Origin: Scyliorhinus canicula
Taxonomy: Eukaryota
DNA: 64,000 bases
Reading direction: 5' to 3'
Assembly: GCF_902713615.1 (NCBI RefSeq)
Contig: NW_024055760.1
Span: 186,001 to 250,000, forward strand
Position 1 is the stretch's first letter. Each line of letters begins with the position of its first letter. Made by a program: the position numbers and the translations under genes. Below are positions 11,719-25,344 of this stretch, piece by piece. Under the pieces are notes generated by a model. That model saw only the letters and a list, made by a program, of their open reading frames with translations. It had not been told where the DNA came from and did not search any database.

Positions 11719-12560
11719 GTCCTCTGTTCGAATGACAGTGAAATGATGACTATATAAATCAGGTTGGTGCAAGTATGAAGGAACCAGTCAGGTGCTGGTT
11801 GTCCCATGCACCATCTCGTGGAAGTGATTGTGGTATTGTGAGGTGCAGTCTCACCTATGACCTGTTTATTTAGTCCCTTAAATTTGAACTCAGGAATCAA
11901 TATCGAATGGACGTCTGGCGCTCTGACTTTTAACCAATAAATATACGTGAAAGTTATTTTTATTATGAGTGTGCTGTGAATATTTCTGATGATCAGTTAA
12001 TCCAAGATCGCTGAGCCAATGCGTTGCCCACACACTCCCATCTTGTTCAAATGTATTACACAGTCAATCCCCTTTTCCCCACCACTGTATATTTGATTTA
12101 AAATATCGTCTTTGCCTATTTACCGTATTTCTGCATTCAGTTTTCTTAGGACCCAGTTCCTTCCTGTGTCGGCTGGGGGATGCATCAATAGGCAGAGAGC
12201 AACTTCTTTAATTGAGGCTCCGGCTTTCCTAACGAACGATTTGAAGTTTTTTTTCCTTGTCTCCTCCTTACATGGTGAACCATTTAATGGGTCAACTTTG
12301 GGTTTAATTCCGCGTGACCGTACTCATTTCAAAGATGAATTAAATCACTTTGTTCCTTTCACAGGGCTCTGATGGTAGGAATTTAGCATCCAAGGAGGTT
12401 GCGATCATTGGTTGAAGAGAATACAATTGGATAGAGGAAGATGATTGAATGCCAATTGATGACACCGTCGACAATGAACCAATCAATAGGGTCCGGGTGT
12501 TACTCACCCTCTCCTCAACTCTTGACTGAAACAGTTTCCGCTTCAACCCGTTCAGGTGAA

Positions 12561-12633
12561 ATGTGCCAGGAACTCTGCAAATATGTCACCAGCTACTTTG
12601 TATTGCTCCTCACATCGGCAGCTCTTTTAGCCG
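12561..12633 (+). pseudogene. Orphan V leader exon with promoter, paralogous to the 15997 leader
   Basis: MCQELCKYVTSYFVLLLTSAALLA-G|gtagg versus MHLCLFLTAAALLT-G|gtagg. Both have upstream gaaccaatc and intronic ttttacaccttt. No V exon found before 15997. Confidence 0.55.
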
Positions 12634-13391
12634 GTAGGTTCAGCCAGTGTATTACTCTGTCTTTTACACCTTTACCATACATTACGCTATCCAAGAAACA
12701 TTGGAGAAACAACAGTCGGTTCAACATGCCCCCCTTCCCAGATTGAGAGTACTGAACCTCACACTAAACAGCTGTACACAAAATAACATCACTCAACCAC
12801 CACACGGTATTGTTTAACTCCTTTTAAAACGAAGCGTTTTTTAATATAAATGAACTGACACTATGTTAACAGCTTCAGGGCTCCAACAGGAAACAGTTCT
12901 TTGCGGGGTTTCCGCTCATGATGAAGAAGGTCGGCAAAGGGCAGATCAATCAGAGTCTGATTTCCGGGCCAGGAATTGCTGCCGAGTCCAGGACTCTCAA
13001 TAGTGGGAAGAGATGGAGAGAGGTGAGTTTTACTTTCTGTTCGGAAGTGAAAGACTGATGGCTGACATTCTCACCAATTTCCTTTCACCTCATTGGATGT
13101 TGCCACCAGACATCATTCAAAGGCCCATTCAGGGTCTGTATGTTTCAAAAAAATGAAGTCCTAAATAATTAATCTGTGGCGAGAGAGTGAATGGTCAGAA
13201 AGGTTTAATCTATGTCGTAATTCAGACTCCAATGATCATCGACGGCCAAGATCATAAAATGTAATTGTTTGTCCTTCATTCAGTGTCTCAGAATTGTGAT
13301 GTTCTTTGCTTTGCGGCTTCGAAGGATGGTTTCGAAGTGTAGTGCCTCGCAAAGAGCATCAAGTTATGTTTTGAACAAAGCTAATTTAGAC

Positions 13392-13706
13392 CATAGAACA
13401 TACAGTGCAGAAGGAAACCGTTTGGCCCATCGAGTGTGCACCGACCCACTTAAGCTCTCACTTCCACCCTATCCTCCTAACCCAATAACCCCTCCTAACC
13501 TTTTTGGACACTAAGGGCAATTTAGCGCGGCCAATCCACCTAACGTGCATGTCTTTGGGAGGAAACCGGAGCACCCGGAGGAAACCCACGCAGACACGGG
13601 GAGAACGTGCAGACTCCGCACAGGCAGTGACCCAGCGGGGAATCGAACCTGGGACCCTGGAGCTGTGAAGCCACAGTACTATCCACTTGTGCTACCGTGC
13701 TGCCCG
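13392..13706 (-). mobile_element. V-SINE (HE1-like) with CR1-derived tail
   Basis: tRNA head gggcagcacggtagc...ggttcgattcccc, central domain, and catagaac tail shared with CR1. Confidence 0.9.
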
Positions 13707-14789
13707 ATTTATTAACGAAATAGATTCGAATTGATTACTAAGATATAAATACTACAGATAAACTAAAACTACGATTCCACCTACAGAGCTTCTGAAAACA
13801 AGACTACGCTCTGTCCCGCCTAATCACCTACTTGCAGAACCAATTGTATCACGTGATTCACGTGGATGCTCTTGATCACCATCTGCTGGTTGGATGCATT
13901 CACATTAAATTGTTAGCCCTTCATCTACTTTACAATATATATATTGTCACAAGAATCACTGAATATTTTTGTACATTTTTTTCCATTTTATTTCCTCTCT
14001 CATCCATTTTGTAATTACTGCGCCGTCCAAATGGATCTCTGGTCACTCTGGTTTCATTGTGAGACATAAACGGAAAGGATATCTACTGATTGACATTCAG
14101 TCTGATACCAATGTGAAAAATATACAATGACGTCAGTGCCGACCCCCACCCCCGTCACTGCTAAGAGCAATGGTCCGATAATGATTGTCTCAATCATTTC
14201 CAATTGGAACAGCGAGAAACATGTGACAACTGCGCCCTCTAACGGTGATCCAGTGAATTGTATAATGTCTGCATCATCGACAAATTGTAAGTTCGGTAAT
14301 GCGCAGTTTCCAGCGGCATTTTATTGAGAGCTCTGTTTCAAACAATTCAATTACATAAATAGGATCAAATATCAGTGAGACGAAAGGAAAATGCATTCTG
14401 GGTTATTTCAGAACCTCTTTCTTTATGTCATTCTCGGGCATGTGTATTTCGCTTTTGTTATGTTTCACGTTCTTTCATTTACAATTCCAATTTTCTGTCC
14501 TCTGCACGATGTCGTAAAGAAAAAATTGGTAAACTGGATTCCTGAATTTAGATGTAAAGAAACTGTAATATATTTCAAAGTCAGAATGGTGCGTGACTTG
14601 AAGTGAAACTTGCAGATTCTGGTATTCCCATGTATCTACTGTACTTAACCTTCTCGATCGGAGAGATCGCCGGATCGTAACAAGGTGTTGAAGGAGACTT
14701 GACAGGTAAATTTTCTCAAAGTTTTAAGTACTTCAATTTTCAATAGAAGAATGTGATTTAGTTGGATAACTAATAAGTTACTACGATAA

Positions 14790-15085
14790 CACAGTGTGGC
14801 ACAGTGGTTAGCACTGCTGCCTCACAGCGCCAGGGACCCGCGTTCGATTCCAGACTAGGGTGACTAGCTGTCACTTTCGCCCCGTGAGTTTCATCCGGGT
14901 GCTCCGGTTTCCTCCAACAGTCTAAAGATGTGCAAGTCAGGATTGGCCATGCTAAATTGTTCCTTAGTGTCCAAAAGGTTAGGAGGGGTAATCGGGGATA
15001 CGTTGGGCGCTCTTTCGGAGGGTCGGTGCAGACTCGTTTGTCCGAATTGCCTCCTTCTGCACTGTAGGAGTTCGATGTGATTCTA
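14790..15085 (+). mobile_element. V-SINE (HE1-like)
   Basis: gtggcacagtggttagcactgctgcctcacagcgccagggacccgcgttcgattcc head; CR1-like tail. Confidence 0.85.
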
Positions 15086-15350
15086 TTGTGGAAATACGTT
15101 ATTGTTAAAATTAAAGATGTTGCAAAATATTTGTACTAATAAACTCACCTCAAATTCACTGAGCCCTGTGTTGTCCACGCCCTATTCTGTTCAAATACAT
15201 CAAAGAACCACCCCCACCCTCAATCATTAAATAGAAATAACATTTCTGGAAATAATCCATCAGCACCTACTAGCCACCTGTGTCGGCTTTCGTCTCATTG
15301 TCAGAGCGTCCTTCATTGTGGTCTCCAGAACTAATACTCATACTATTAAA

Positions 15351-15635
15351 GGGCTGGTTTAGCTCAGTGAGCTCGACAGCTGGTTTGTGATGCAGAACGA
15401 AGCTTACCCGTACAGGCACCGGAATGTGGCGACGAGGGGCTTTCCACAGTAACTTCATACTTAAAATGAAATGAAAATCGCTTATTGTCACAAATAGGCT
15501 TCAAATGAAGTTACTGTGAAAAGCCCCTGGGCACCCCATTCCGGCGCCTGTTCGGGGAGGCTGGTACAGGAACTGAACCCACGCTGCTGGCCTGCCATGG
15601 TCTGCTTTAAAAGCCAGTTATTTAGCCTTGTGCAG
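15351..15635. mobile_element. Two copies of a second tRNA-derived SINE family, tail-to-tail
   Basis: gggctggtttagctcagtg head on +; ggggctttccacagtaacttcat (~15436-15458) is mirrored by atgaagttactgtgaaaagcccc (~15505-15527). Confidence 0.7.
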
Positions 15636-15996
15636 TAAAAAGTCTTACAACACCAGGTCCTTTCGGAGCACTGCTCCTTCATCCTTGTGACAATAAGCGA
15701 TTTTTATTATTACTATAAACATAAATTGTTCACCTGTCCCTGCATTACAGATTGAACTAATATTGGCTCTGATCGCTGTCCCTGAGTTGAGGATAACAAA
15801 TTTACTTTGTTCCACTGTGTTCGCGGTCAAATGAGCTGTGAGCTCATTGGTTGGATTAAACAATAGAGCGGATTTAAGTGATTGGATGCCACCCGATGAT
15901 GCTCTCAGCAACGAACCAATCGGCAGGTACAAATATTGACTAAAACATATTAGCTTCAACCAGTTCTCTCAAATCCGCCGCGAGCTCTCTGCAAAC

Positions 15997-16833
15997 ATGC
16001 ATTTGTGTTTATTCCTCACAGCGGCAGCTCTTTTAACCGGTAGGGTCACAAGTTCTGAATTTTACACCTTTGGCAGGCACTGCATTTAATCGCATTGTTT
16101 ACTCAACGCGGTGGGGGTGCTGGGAGGAATCCAATGTTCACCTTCTCCAAACACGGAGGTTGATCAACTTCCTCGAGGGAATGAACGCGGTAGATTTAAA
16201 TTGGGAATCCAGAACACACTAGGGCGAGTGAGGGACGTTAACAAACACGAATCTTCTGAACACATCGACTATTTTCAGTTTTTCATTCAGAATATAGGAA
16301 AAGGGACAAACTGATCTCATTGGAAGATCCAAGATGCTAAGTAAAATATGTTTCACTGAATCGATTCGACCACCTTCCTGTTACAGTCGCTCGGCTGTGG
16401 GAAATGTATTTCTGTTTAAATGTCCTGATTAATTTCTCATTTAACTACTGGGGGTGACAGGCAGTTTCTGGGTGATAGACAGAGTGACGTGAACATTGTG
16501 TAATTTACTACATCTCTGGGCTCTCACAGGACATTGTCGAGGAGACTCTGTTACACAGACACCGGGTTCAGTCACTGTGAGTGAAGGAGGTGATGTTCAG
16601 TTCTTCTGTAATTACACATCTACAAGCAACAACCCTGGCCTATTCTGGTACCGTCAGTATCCCAGCGGGTCCATTGAGTTTCTGCTGCAGAGAAACAGAT
16701 ACAGCGAGAACGCAGAGAAATCTTTGGGTGACCGTTTTTCAGCGGAGTTTGATCATGTGAAGAGCACCGTCCCCCTGAAAGTGTCGAAAACGGAGCTGAC
16801 AGACTCCGCGGTGTATTTCTGCGCACTGAGACC
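15997..16833 (+). CDS. TCR alpha/delta-type V segment (leader 15997-16039, intron 16040-16529, V exon 16530-16833)
   Basis: Leader MHLCLFLTAAALLT-G, then GHCRGDSVTQ...FFCNY...LFWYRQYP...DSAVYFCALRP, followed by an RSS. Confidence 0.92.
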
Positions 16834-16872
16834 CACAGACACACACAGCTGGGCTGAACCTGTACAAAAACT
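16834..16872 (+). other. Recombination signal sequence (23-bp spacer)
   Basis: CACAGAC, 23-nt spacer, ACAAAAACT. Confidence 0.9.
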
Positions 16873-18744
16873 GTCAGAGCGGCGATCAAGATAACTGTGT
16901 GTTAGGGAAACACTTTGATCAGTGGCGAGTCTGAACTGAATCTTAAATTTCCGTTACCTTGTAATTTCTATATATGTATATATATTTATATAAATATATT
17001 TAATATATATAAATATATTTACAAATAACATCATATCTACTCAGGTGGACAGCTTAGTGAAGTAAAATACAGTATTAATAAAGGACATTTGTGATGTTCC
17101 CAGTTGTTTCATAGACAGTGTTCTAATGTAATGAAGAAAACTAAGCAGCCCATTGACTCCCCGCATGATCCTTCAAACAGTGATGTCTGTCGTTTCAGTG
17201 ACGGTGAATGGTGGATAGCTACTCTCCAGGATTGTCCCGCCTACCTGACAGAGAGGACAATATAATCGAATTCACATCTCAGCTGAAAGCCGGGCTCCCT
17301 GACAGTTCACCATTCCCTGAGGACTGCACTGGGGTATCACCATTGATCCTGAGGGTCATGACTCTAGAAAGGAGCTGGAACCCCCAAACTCTAAATTCGG
17401 ATGTAATGGGTTGATATTCGTCTGTTAAATAATATTTTCAGAGCTGTTAATTATTAGGTATCTGTAAATTTCAGTTAATTAAAATACAGTATGAAAGGAC
17501 GTGCAGCTCGATATGTGTTTATGCAGTTGATCAGGGCGCTGACTGACAGATGGGGCATCAGTCTCTCAGCCATTGGCTCGCCCTTAATAGAAGGTCAATT
17601 TCCGTCAGGGTCACCGAAAAAACTGCCCGAATATTTGTTCCAGGCACATTGCCAGTGTCCTGTGGAGCGGAAAGTGATGAGCACACTGGAGAGAAAATCC
17701 GTGAAATCACAAGAGTTGGTGATCACTTATCAACCGAAGCCGGGTAAGAAACATTTTGAAATAAAGAAGGAAATTTAAAAAAAACCAATGGGCGGACAAT
17801 AGACTTAACCCCAGGAATCCAATATCGGTCGCTAAGAGAAAATCAATTCGTGTTGATGCAGGGTGTTTTACTGACCCCGGGTGCCCTGGTAACCTCAGGG
17901 AGTAAGTTTCCAATGAAGTCGCTATTGTGATGTTGGAAATATTATAAATATTATTGACACAGACGGCAGTGGGAATGTTTAATTCTCGGCCGGAAACGAT
18001 AAACGTACCGTGGAGAAAAGGATTTGTGAGTCCAGCTATCTTCCGTTTAATTTGACCTTGTAGCAAAGACTAACGAGAACTTTCGGGAGCGAAATAATGG
18101 ACAGATGAAAACCCTTTCTCTCTATGAAACAGTAAGGAATGATATCAATTGGAACCATTGTGCTAAACCTGTTATTCGGACTACCCAGTGATATTACTAT
18201 ACTTTGCTTTATCACTCTTGAAGGGTGTTGGGGATCAGAATCTTTCATTGGATCGGGCATGATTAAGCTTGACAAAGTGCTGCAGTAGTTTCCAGTTGCA
18301 TTCTGCAATATGGCTGACCACGAATCTCTCCTGCACTTATCGCCTGCCAGCAGGTTTGTTGGAAGTATTTACAAGCGGATAATCAACCTGTTTGATCACG
18401 TTTGGAATGTGCCTTCTACAGCCATCATGGCCTGATATAGGACTTTAACTGAGAGATTCTGAACCAGAGGTACGGTCATTATAACTTCGCCAGAAGACTT
18501 GATTCTGTGCTATGGAATCCGGAATTTAGAGAGAGAGACTCTTGCCCTAAATACATAATCGTTGCAACCAAGAATAACGGCGCCAAACTTCTGGCCCCGA
18601 ATTCTCAGCTGTCAGCTGCAACAGCGGTGAACTGACGCCTGAACAGGTTTTCGTCAAAAACAAAGTCTTGGAGCGCCATCTACTGGCATTCCGTCTGTGA
18701 AACAGCAATTCTCGATTTATTCCGGAATACTGCTGGATTGTATT

Positions 18745-21700
18745 TTTTTTAATAAACAATTTTATTGAGGTAGTTTTTGGCTTTATAAACAGTTACAGAC
18801 ATCATCAGAAAGGAAGCAAAAAAGGCAAAAATGTGCAAACATCCACGTACTTTCAATACTTCCATCGTACCGTATTGCACAAGCCCGCTCCCCTCCCACC
18901 GGTACTACCCGCCATATTTTCCCTCCTACTCCACTCTACCCCCCCCCCCCCCCCCCACTCCCCCCACCCCCCTGCTGACACTCACTCTCCCGCAAAGAAG
19001 TCAATAAATGGTTGCCACCTCCGGGTGAACCCCTGCACAGATCCCCTCAAGGCGAACTTAATTTTTTCCATCCCCAGGAAACTCGACATGTCCGCAACCA
19101 CCACTCAGTCTTCGGGGGCTTCGAGTCCCTCCACACCAATAATATTCGTCGCCGGGCTATCAGGGAAGCAAAGGCCAAAACATCGGCCTCTTTCTCCCCC
19201 TGGACGCCCTGGTCTTCCAAAACCCCAAAAATTGCCACCCCTGGACTCATCACCACCCTTGTTTTTAGCACCTGGGACATGACCTCGCAAATCCCTCCCA
19301 GTACCCCCTCAGCTCAGGGCATGCCCAGAACATGTGAACATGGTTCGCTGGTCCTCCCGCGCACCTAGCGCATTTGTCCTCTATCCCGAAAAACTTGCTC
19401 ATCCGAGCCACCGTCATATGGGCCCGGTGAACGACCTTAAATTGGATCAGCCCGAGCCTAGCACATGTCGCGGTCGAGTTTACCCTACTCAGGGCCTCTG
19501 CCCACAGCCCATCCTCCATTTCCCCGCCTATCACCTTCTCCCATTTAAGTTTCAGTTCCTCTGTCTGGGACCCTTCCTCCCTCATGAGCACCTTATAAAT
19601 ACCCGAGACTCTACCCTCCCCTTCGTCCCTCCCAGAGACTATTCTGTCTAGGATCCCCATTGGCGGGAGGCACGGGAAAGGTGGGACCTGTCTACGAACA
19701 AAGTCCCGCAACTGTAGGTATCTAAAATCATTTCCCCTTACCAACCCAAATTTCTCCTCCAAGCTCCTCAAACTCACGAAGCTCCCTTCCAATAACATAT
19801 CACCCACCCTTCCCGCCCCTGCTCGCCGCCATACTCGGAACCCCCCAGCCATACTGCCGGGGGCAAACCGATGGTTGTCGCAGATTGGCGCCCAGACAGA
19901 CGCCCCCATCTCCCCCACATGCCTCCTCCACTGGCCCCATATCCGCAGGGTCGCCACCACTACCGGGCTGGTGGTGTACTTGGCCGGCGGCAGCGGTAGA
20001 GGAGCCATGACCAGGGCTTCCAAACTGGAGCCCCTGCACAAAGCCGCCTCCACCCGCTCCCAAATAGACCCCGTACCCACCATCCACTTCCTTATCATAG
20101 CGATGTTGGCCGTCCAGTAATAATTGACCAGACTCGGCAAAGCCAGCCCTCCCTCACTGTGGTTCCTCTCCAACATCGCCTTCTTCACCCGCGGGGATTT
20201 TCCCGCCCAGACAAAGCTCATGATCAGCCCATTAACTCTTTTGAAGAAGGACTGTGGGATAAAGATCGGGAAGCACTGAAAAATAAACAAAAATCGAGGG
20301 AGGATTGTCATCTTTACAGTCTGCACCCTCCCTGCCAGCGACAGCGGGAGTGTATCCCATCTCCGAAATTCTCCCTTCATTTGCTCCACCACCCTGGCCA
20401 AATTTAACTTATGCAGCCTGCCCCAGTCTCGTGCCACCTGGATTCCCAAATACCGGAAATTTTCCTCAACCAGCCTAAACGGTAGCCCTCTCAATCTGTT
20501 CTCCTGGCCCCTTGCCTGGACCACAAACATTTCACTCTTGACCGTATTTAATTTGTATCCTGAGAACTGGCCGAACTCCCTCAGCATTCCCAGTATAGTT
20601 CCCATCACGGCCACTGGGTCCGACACGTACAGGAGCAGGTTGACTGCATAAAGAGAAACCCTGTGTTCAACCCCGCCCCTCACCATCCCCTTCCAACCCT
20701 CTGCGGCTCTCAACGCCATCGCCAGAGGCTCTATGGCCAGCGCAAACAGCAGCGGGGAGAGCGGGCAGCCCTGCCTGGTCCCTCGGTACAACCTAAAGTA
20801 CTCCGACACTTCTCTGTTGGTCCTGACGCTGGCCCTCGGGGCCTGATATAATAATTTGATCCAATCCACCAATCCCTCCCCGAACCCAAACCGTCCGAGC
20901 ACCTCCCATAGATAGTCCCACTCCATCCGGTCAAAGGCCTTCTTGGCGTCCATTGCCACCACTACCTCCACCTCTCTACCCGCCGGGGGCATCATTATCA
21001 CGTTGAGCAATCTCCTCAGATTGGCCGCCAGCTGCCTACATTTCACGAACCCCGTTTGATCCTCCCCAATCACCTCCGGTACACAGTCCTCCATTCTACC
21101 CGCCAGTACCTTTGCCAGGAGCTTGGCGTCTACATTAATCAGGGAGATTGGCCTGTAGGACCCGCACACCTCCGGGTCTTTACCCCGCTTCAATATCAGA
21201 GATATGGTGGCTTGTGACATTGTCGGCGGCAGGGTCCCTCTGTCCCTTGCCTCATTGAAAACCCTCGCCAAGACCGGGCCCACCAGCTCAGAGAACTTCC
21301 TATAAAACTCTACTGGGTATCCATCCGGCCCCGGGGACTTCCCCGACTTCATGGCCTTTAGGCCCCCCAATACCTCCTCTACTCTAATCGGGGCGCCCAG
21401 CTCTTCCACTCGCCCCCCCCCCCAACTGTTGGGAATGTTAACCCGTCCAGAAACCTTTTCATCCCCTCCGGTTCTTCCGGCGGCTCCGATGTATACAGCT
21501 TACAATAGAAGTCCCGGAATACCCTATTCAATTCTGCCGGATCCTCCACTTTGCGCCCCCCCCCCCCTCGTCCCTCACTCTACCTATTTCCCTGGCCGCC
21601 TCCGTCCTCCTGAGTTGCTGCGCTAACAGTCTGCTAGCCTTTTCCCCATACTCGTTCACCACTCCCCTTGCCTTCCTAAGCTGTTCCACGGCCCTGCTCA

Positions 21701-24463
21701 TGGATAGTGCCCCCAGTTCCGCCTGTAGCCTCTGCCTCTCCCTGAGTAAAACCTCCCCCGGGGACTCCGCGTGCTCTTCATCTATCCGACACATTTCCCT
21801 GGCCAATCTATCCATCTCTGCCCGGTCTGCCTTGGCTCTGTGGGCCCCAATTGAAATCAGCTCCCCCCGCACTACTGCCTTTTGCGCCTCCCACACGGTC
21901 ACCGCTGAGACCTCCCCAGTGTCATTCACCTGCAGGTAATTTTTTATACATTTCCGAAGCCTTTCGCAGATCCCCTCCTCCGACAGCAGTCCCACATCTA
22001 GCCTCCATTGCGGGCGTTGATAACTCGCTCCCCCGAACTGCAGGTCCACCCAATGCGGGGCATGGTCTGAAATGGTAATTGCTGAGTATTCCGTGTTCTT
22101 TACCTCCCCCATACAGTCCCTGCTTATTACAAAGAAATCTATCCTGGAATATACTTTATGGGCGTGCGAGTAAAACGAGTAGCCCCTTCCTGTTGGCTGT
22201 CCCTCTCTCCAGGGGTCCACTGCCCCCATTTGCTCCATAAACCCTTTCAGCTCCCTTGCCATTGCTGAGAGTCTACCCGTTCTGGGACACGACCGATCCA
22301 AAGTCGGGTCAAGGACCATGTTAAAGTCCCCTCCCATTATTAGCCTGCGAGAATCCAAGTCCGGGATCTTCCCCAGCACTCTTTTAATGAAGTCCACGTC
22401 ATCCCAGTTCGGGGAATATATATTCACCAGCACCACTCTTCTGCCCTCCAGTCTGCCCCATACCATCAGGTATCTGCCCCCCCTGTCTGCGGATATGCCC
22501 TCTGCCTCAAATTGCACACGCTTGTTGATCATGATTGCCACCCCTCTGGACTTCGAGTCCAAGTCCGAGTGGAAGACCTGGCTAATCCAGCCCTTCCTTA
22601 GCCTGGTCTGGTCTGACACTTTCAGATGTGTCTCCTGCAACATAATTACGTCCGCCCTCAGGGCCCGCAAGTGCGCGAACACCCGCGCCCTCTTAACCGG
22701 CCCATTCAGTCCCTTGACGTTCCAGGTGATCAGCCTGGTCGGGGGGCACATCCCACCCCCCCCCCCCACCCCGCCGGTCAGCCATAGCCTTTCTTGGGCC
22801 GGCCCCTGACCCGTGCGTCGCGCCATTCCTGGCCCGCCCTTTGGCTGCCTCCACCCTCGACCTCCTTTCCAGTGCCTATTTCAAGGCTCTCTCTCGTCAG
22901 CAGAACAACCCCCCCCTCCCCTAACCCCATCCCCCGATACCCCCACCCCTGCCGTCTACTGGCTTGACTAGCCAATCTGCTAGCCCGGTGACACAACACT
23001 CCGGCGCCTTCCTGTCCCATTCCCCTTGTTTCCCCGTCCTCCTCCCCACCCACTGGGGCAAGCCAGCTCCAGTGTCTTCCGCGAGCTGCACAAAAAGCCC
23101 AAACAGGAAAAAAAAAGGAAAAAAACCACAGAAAAAAGAGGAAAAGCACATAAATGTCCATGAACAAAGGAAAGAGTCTCAAATGTTCCGCTTGGCCCCT
23201 TTGGCCCAGCAAACCGTTGAGCAGCAGTCCAGGCACATTCGGCGTTCCTCCCCACAGAAATCCTCGGGCTCTAACTCGCGTCCTTGGGGCCTCCTTTCGG
23301 GACCAGCCCCAGGTCCCTCACAAAATCCATCGCTTCTTCGGGCTCGGAGAAGTAGTGGTGTTGACCCTGGTGCGTGACCCATAGCCGAGCTGGGAACAGC
23401 AGACCAAACTTCACGTGCTTCTTGAACAGCACCTCCTTGACATTCTTAAAGGCTGCTCGCCGCCGAGCCACCTCCTGGCTTAGGTCCTGATAAATGCGGA
23501 GAACACTGTTGTTCCACGTGCTGCTCCTGGCGCTCTTTGCCCACTGCAGCACCCGCTCTTTGTCCACGAACCTGTGGAACCTAATCACCATCGGGCGGGG
23601 GGGTCCGCCCGGCCGCCCCTGCCTTGCCTGCACTCTGTGTGCCCCCTCCAGCTCCAGTGTTCGTGGAAAAGCTTCGGCCCCCATCAGCTGCTTCAGCAGA
23701 TTTGCTACAAACGCTGCAGCATCAGCTCCCTCCGCCCCCTCCGGGAGGCCGACCATCCTCAGATTGTTCCTGCGGACTCTATTCTCCAGCTCCTCCACTC
23801 TGTCCAGCAGTCTTCACTGCCGCTCTTTCAGGCCATCCACTTCTAGCGCTGCAACCGTTTGCGCATCCGCCTGCTCCTCCACCGCCTCTCCCAGCTCCTT
23901 AACTTTAACATCCTGGGCGTCCAGCCTCTGGTTCAGCTGATCCACCGCTTTCTGGATTGGGTCCAAGCTGTCCCGCTTCAGCGCTTCAAAACTGGACTTC
24001 ATTACCTGGAGCATGTTATCCAGCGCCAGCTGGATTACTGAGTCCGGGGTCCGTGTGTCCGCCATCTTAGGTCCCAGGTAATTTTCTTCAGGTCCTTGTC
24101 TCTGTCCCTTTTTCTCCTTCTTCTTCTGCCTTCTGGAATCCCGCTGTTCCATATGCCGCAGCCCGCTCCTCAGCGCCTTCGCTGCCGCTTTCCTTTGCCC
24201 AGTTCCTTAAATTTTTCCCTCCTGGGCATCTGAAGTGGGTCCAAGCTGTCCCTCCTCAGCAACTCCAAACTTTTTTTCCCTTTGCCCTGGAGGAAGGAAG
24301 GTCCGTGGGTCTGCCATCTTACCCTTCAGGTCAGCTTCCTCCTTGCCTCCGTCTCTCTCTCTTTCTTCCTCACCTGCTGGCCTCCCACACTTCCATTTGC
24401 TGCAGCTCGCTCTCCTCTTCTTTCACGGTAGCTTTTCTGCCGCCCCCGTGGTCCCGCTATCGC
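18745..24463 (-). mobile_element. Full-length L1-clade LINE (~5.7 kb), inactivated
   Basis: 15-bp TSD CTGCTGGATTGTATT at 18730-18744 and 24464-24478; AATAAA and short poly(A). ORF1 24152-23271 has one in-frame stop. ORF2 from ~22751 has an APE endonuclease (ITWNVKGL, LQETH, GGDFN, SRIDFF, SDH), an RT and a C-terminal CxRC...HMFWAC motif, with frameshifts. Confidence 0.95.
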
Positions 24464-24903
24464 CTGCTGGATTGTATTGCTAGATTGTCATTATGTCAGA
24501 TTATTATGGGTTTGGTTGAATTGGGGTTATTATCGGTGACCTTTTTGATTGTTTTGCTATTCCCACATTTGCACAGAACATGTTCATTTGTATAAATAGA
24601 TGCATTTTGCTGAATCCACAATTGCTAAATTTGGATTGTCAATTTACAAAGACTGGAAGGCTTACAAGCTGCTGAACATTCAGTAAGATGTCAATCAAAG
24701 TTCAATAAGCCAAAGCTTCAAGGAGAGGTATTTATTTTTTCTACTGAAGGTGAACCTGCAAATTACATTATTATCAATAACAAATTAGATTCTTTAATTC
24801 CATAACTTTCTCGATGAAGAACATTTAAAAAAATTTTTTGTTGGATCACACTCACTTCTAATGCCCATTGACTGGTTGTCCCCCACAGTCCCCATGTCAA
24901 GTG

Positions 24904-25262
24904 AATTATTCTACAGGCTCCTCGTGTCTTTGATTCCCAGTGTCTCACGTTATTCTAATGCACCGCAGTGTCTGACACCTCAACCGTATTAACAGTTAGA
25001 GCGATGGAACCTTTCTTGCGGTCCACGTTTACTTTAAACATTCCTTCAACTCTTCCATCCATGACTGTGAAGATCAGATAATCGGGAGCCTGATTACATA
25101 ACTGCTGGGACCAGGATACAAAGTCCTTTGTTGGGCATGTAGCATTGTGATGAATCGAAATGGTCTGTCCTTGCCCATCAGTTGGTCGGGCCCATCGATA
25201 TCTCAAGTGCCCCGAGTAACAAGGAACAGCTGCTAAAACAAGGGTAGAATTAAAGTAACCAT
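24904..25262 (-). pseudogene. TCR V pseudogene, apparently of the single-exon type, with degenerate 23-RSS
   Basis: ...DFVSWSQQL...APDYLI...GSIALTVNTVEVSDTAVH*NNVR, then CACTGGG / 23 nt / AGAATAATT (24904-24942). C23 displaced, C104 lost. Leader-like TLVLAAVPCYSG is in frame with the V. Confidence 0.7.
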
Positions 25263-25344
25263 ACACACAGGGATGATTCAATGAAATGCTTGAGTACAAA
25301 GCAGGAAAAAACAATCTATTTGTCTATTCACCAATCCGTCCGTC

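Noticed and set aside
11715-11900. GETA...W..QP pattern vaguely like V FR1/FR2
   Set aside because: Lacks C23 and the WY.Q motif; too weak to call.
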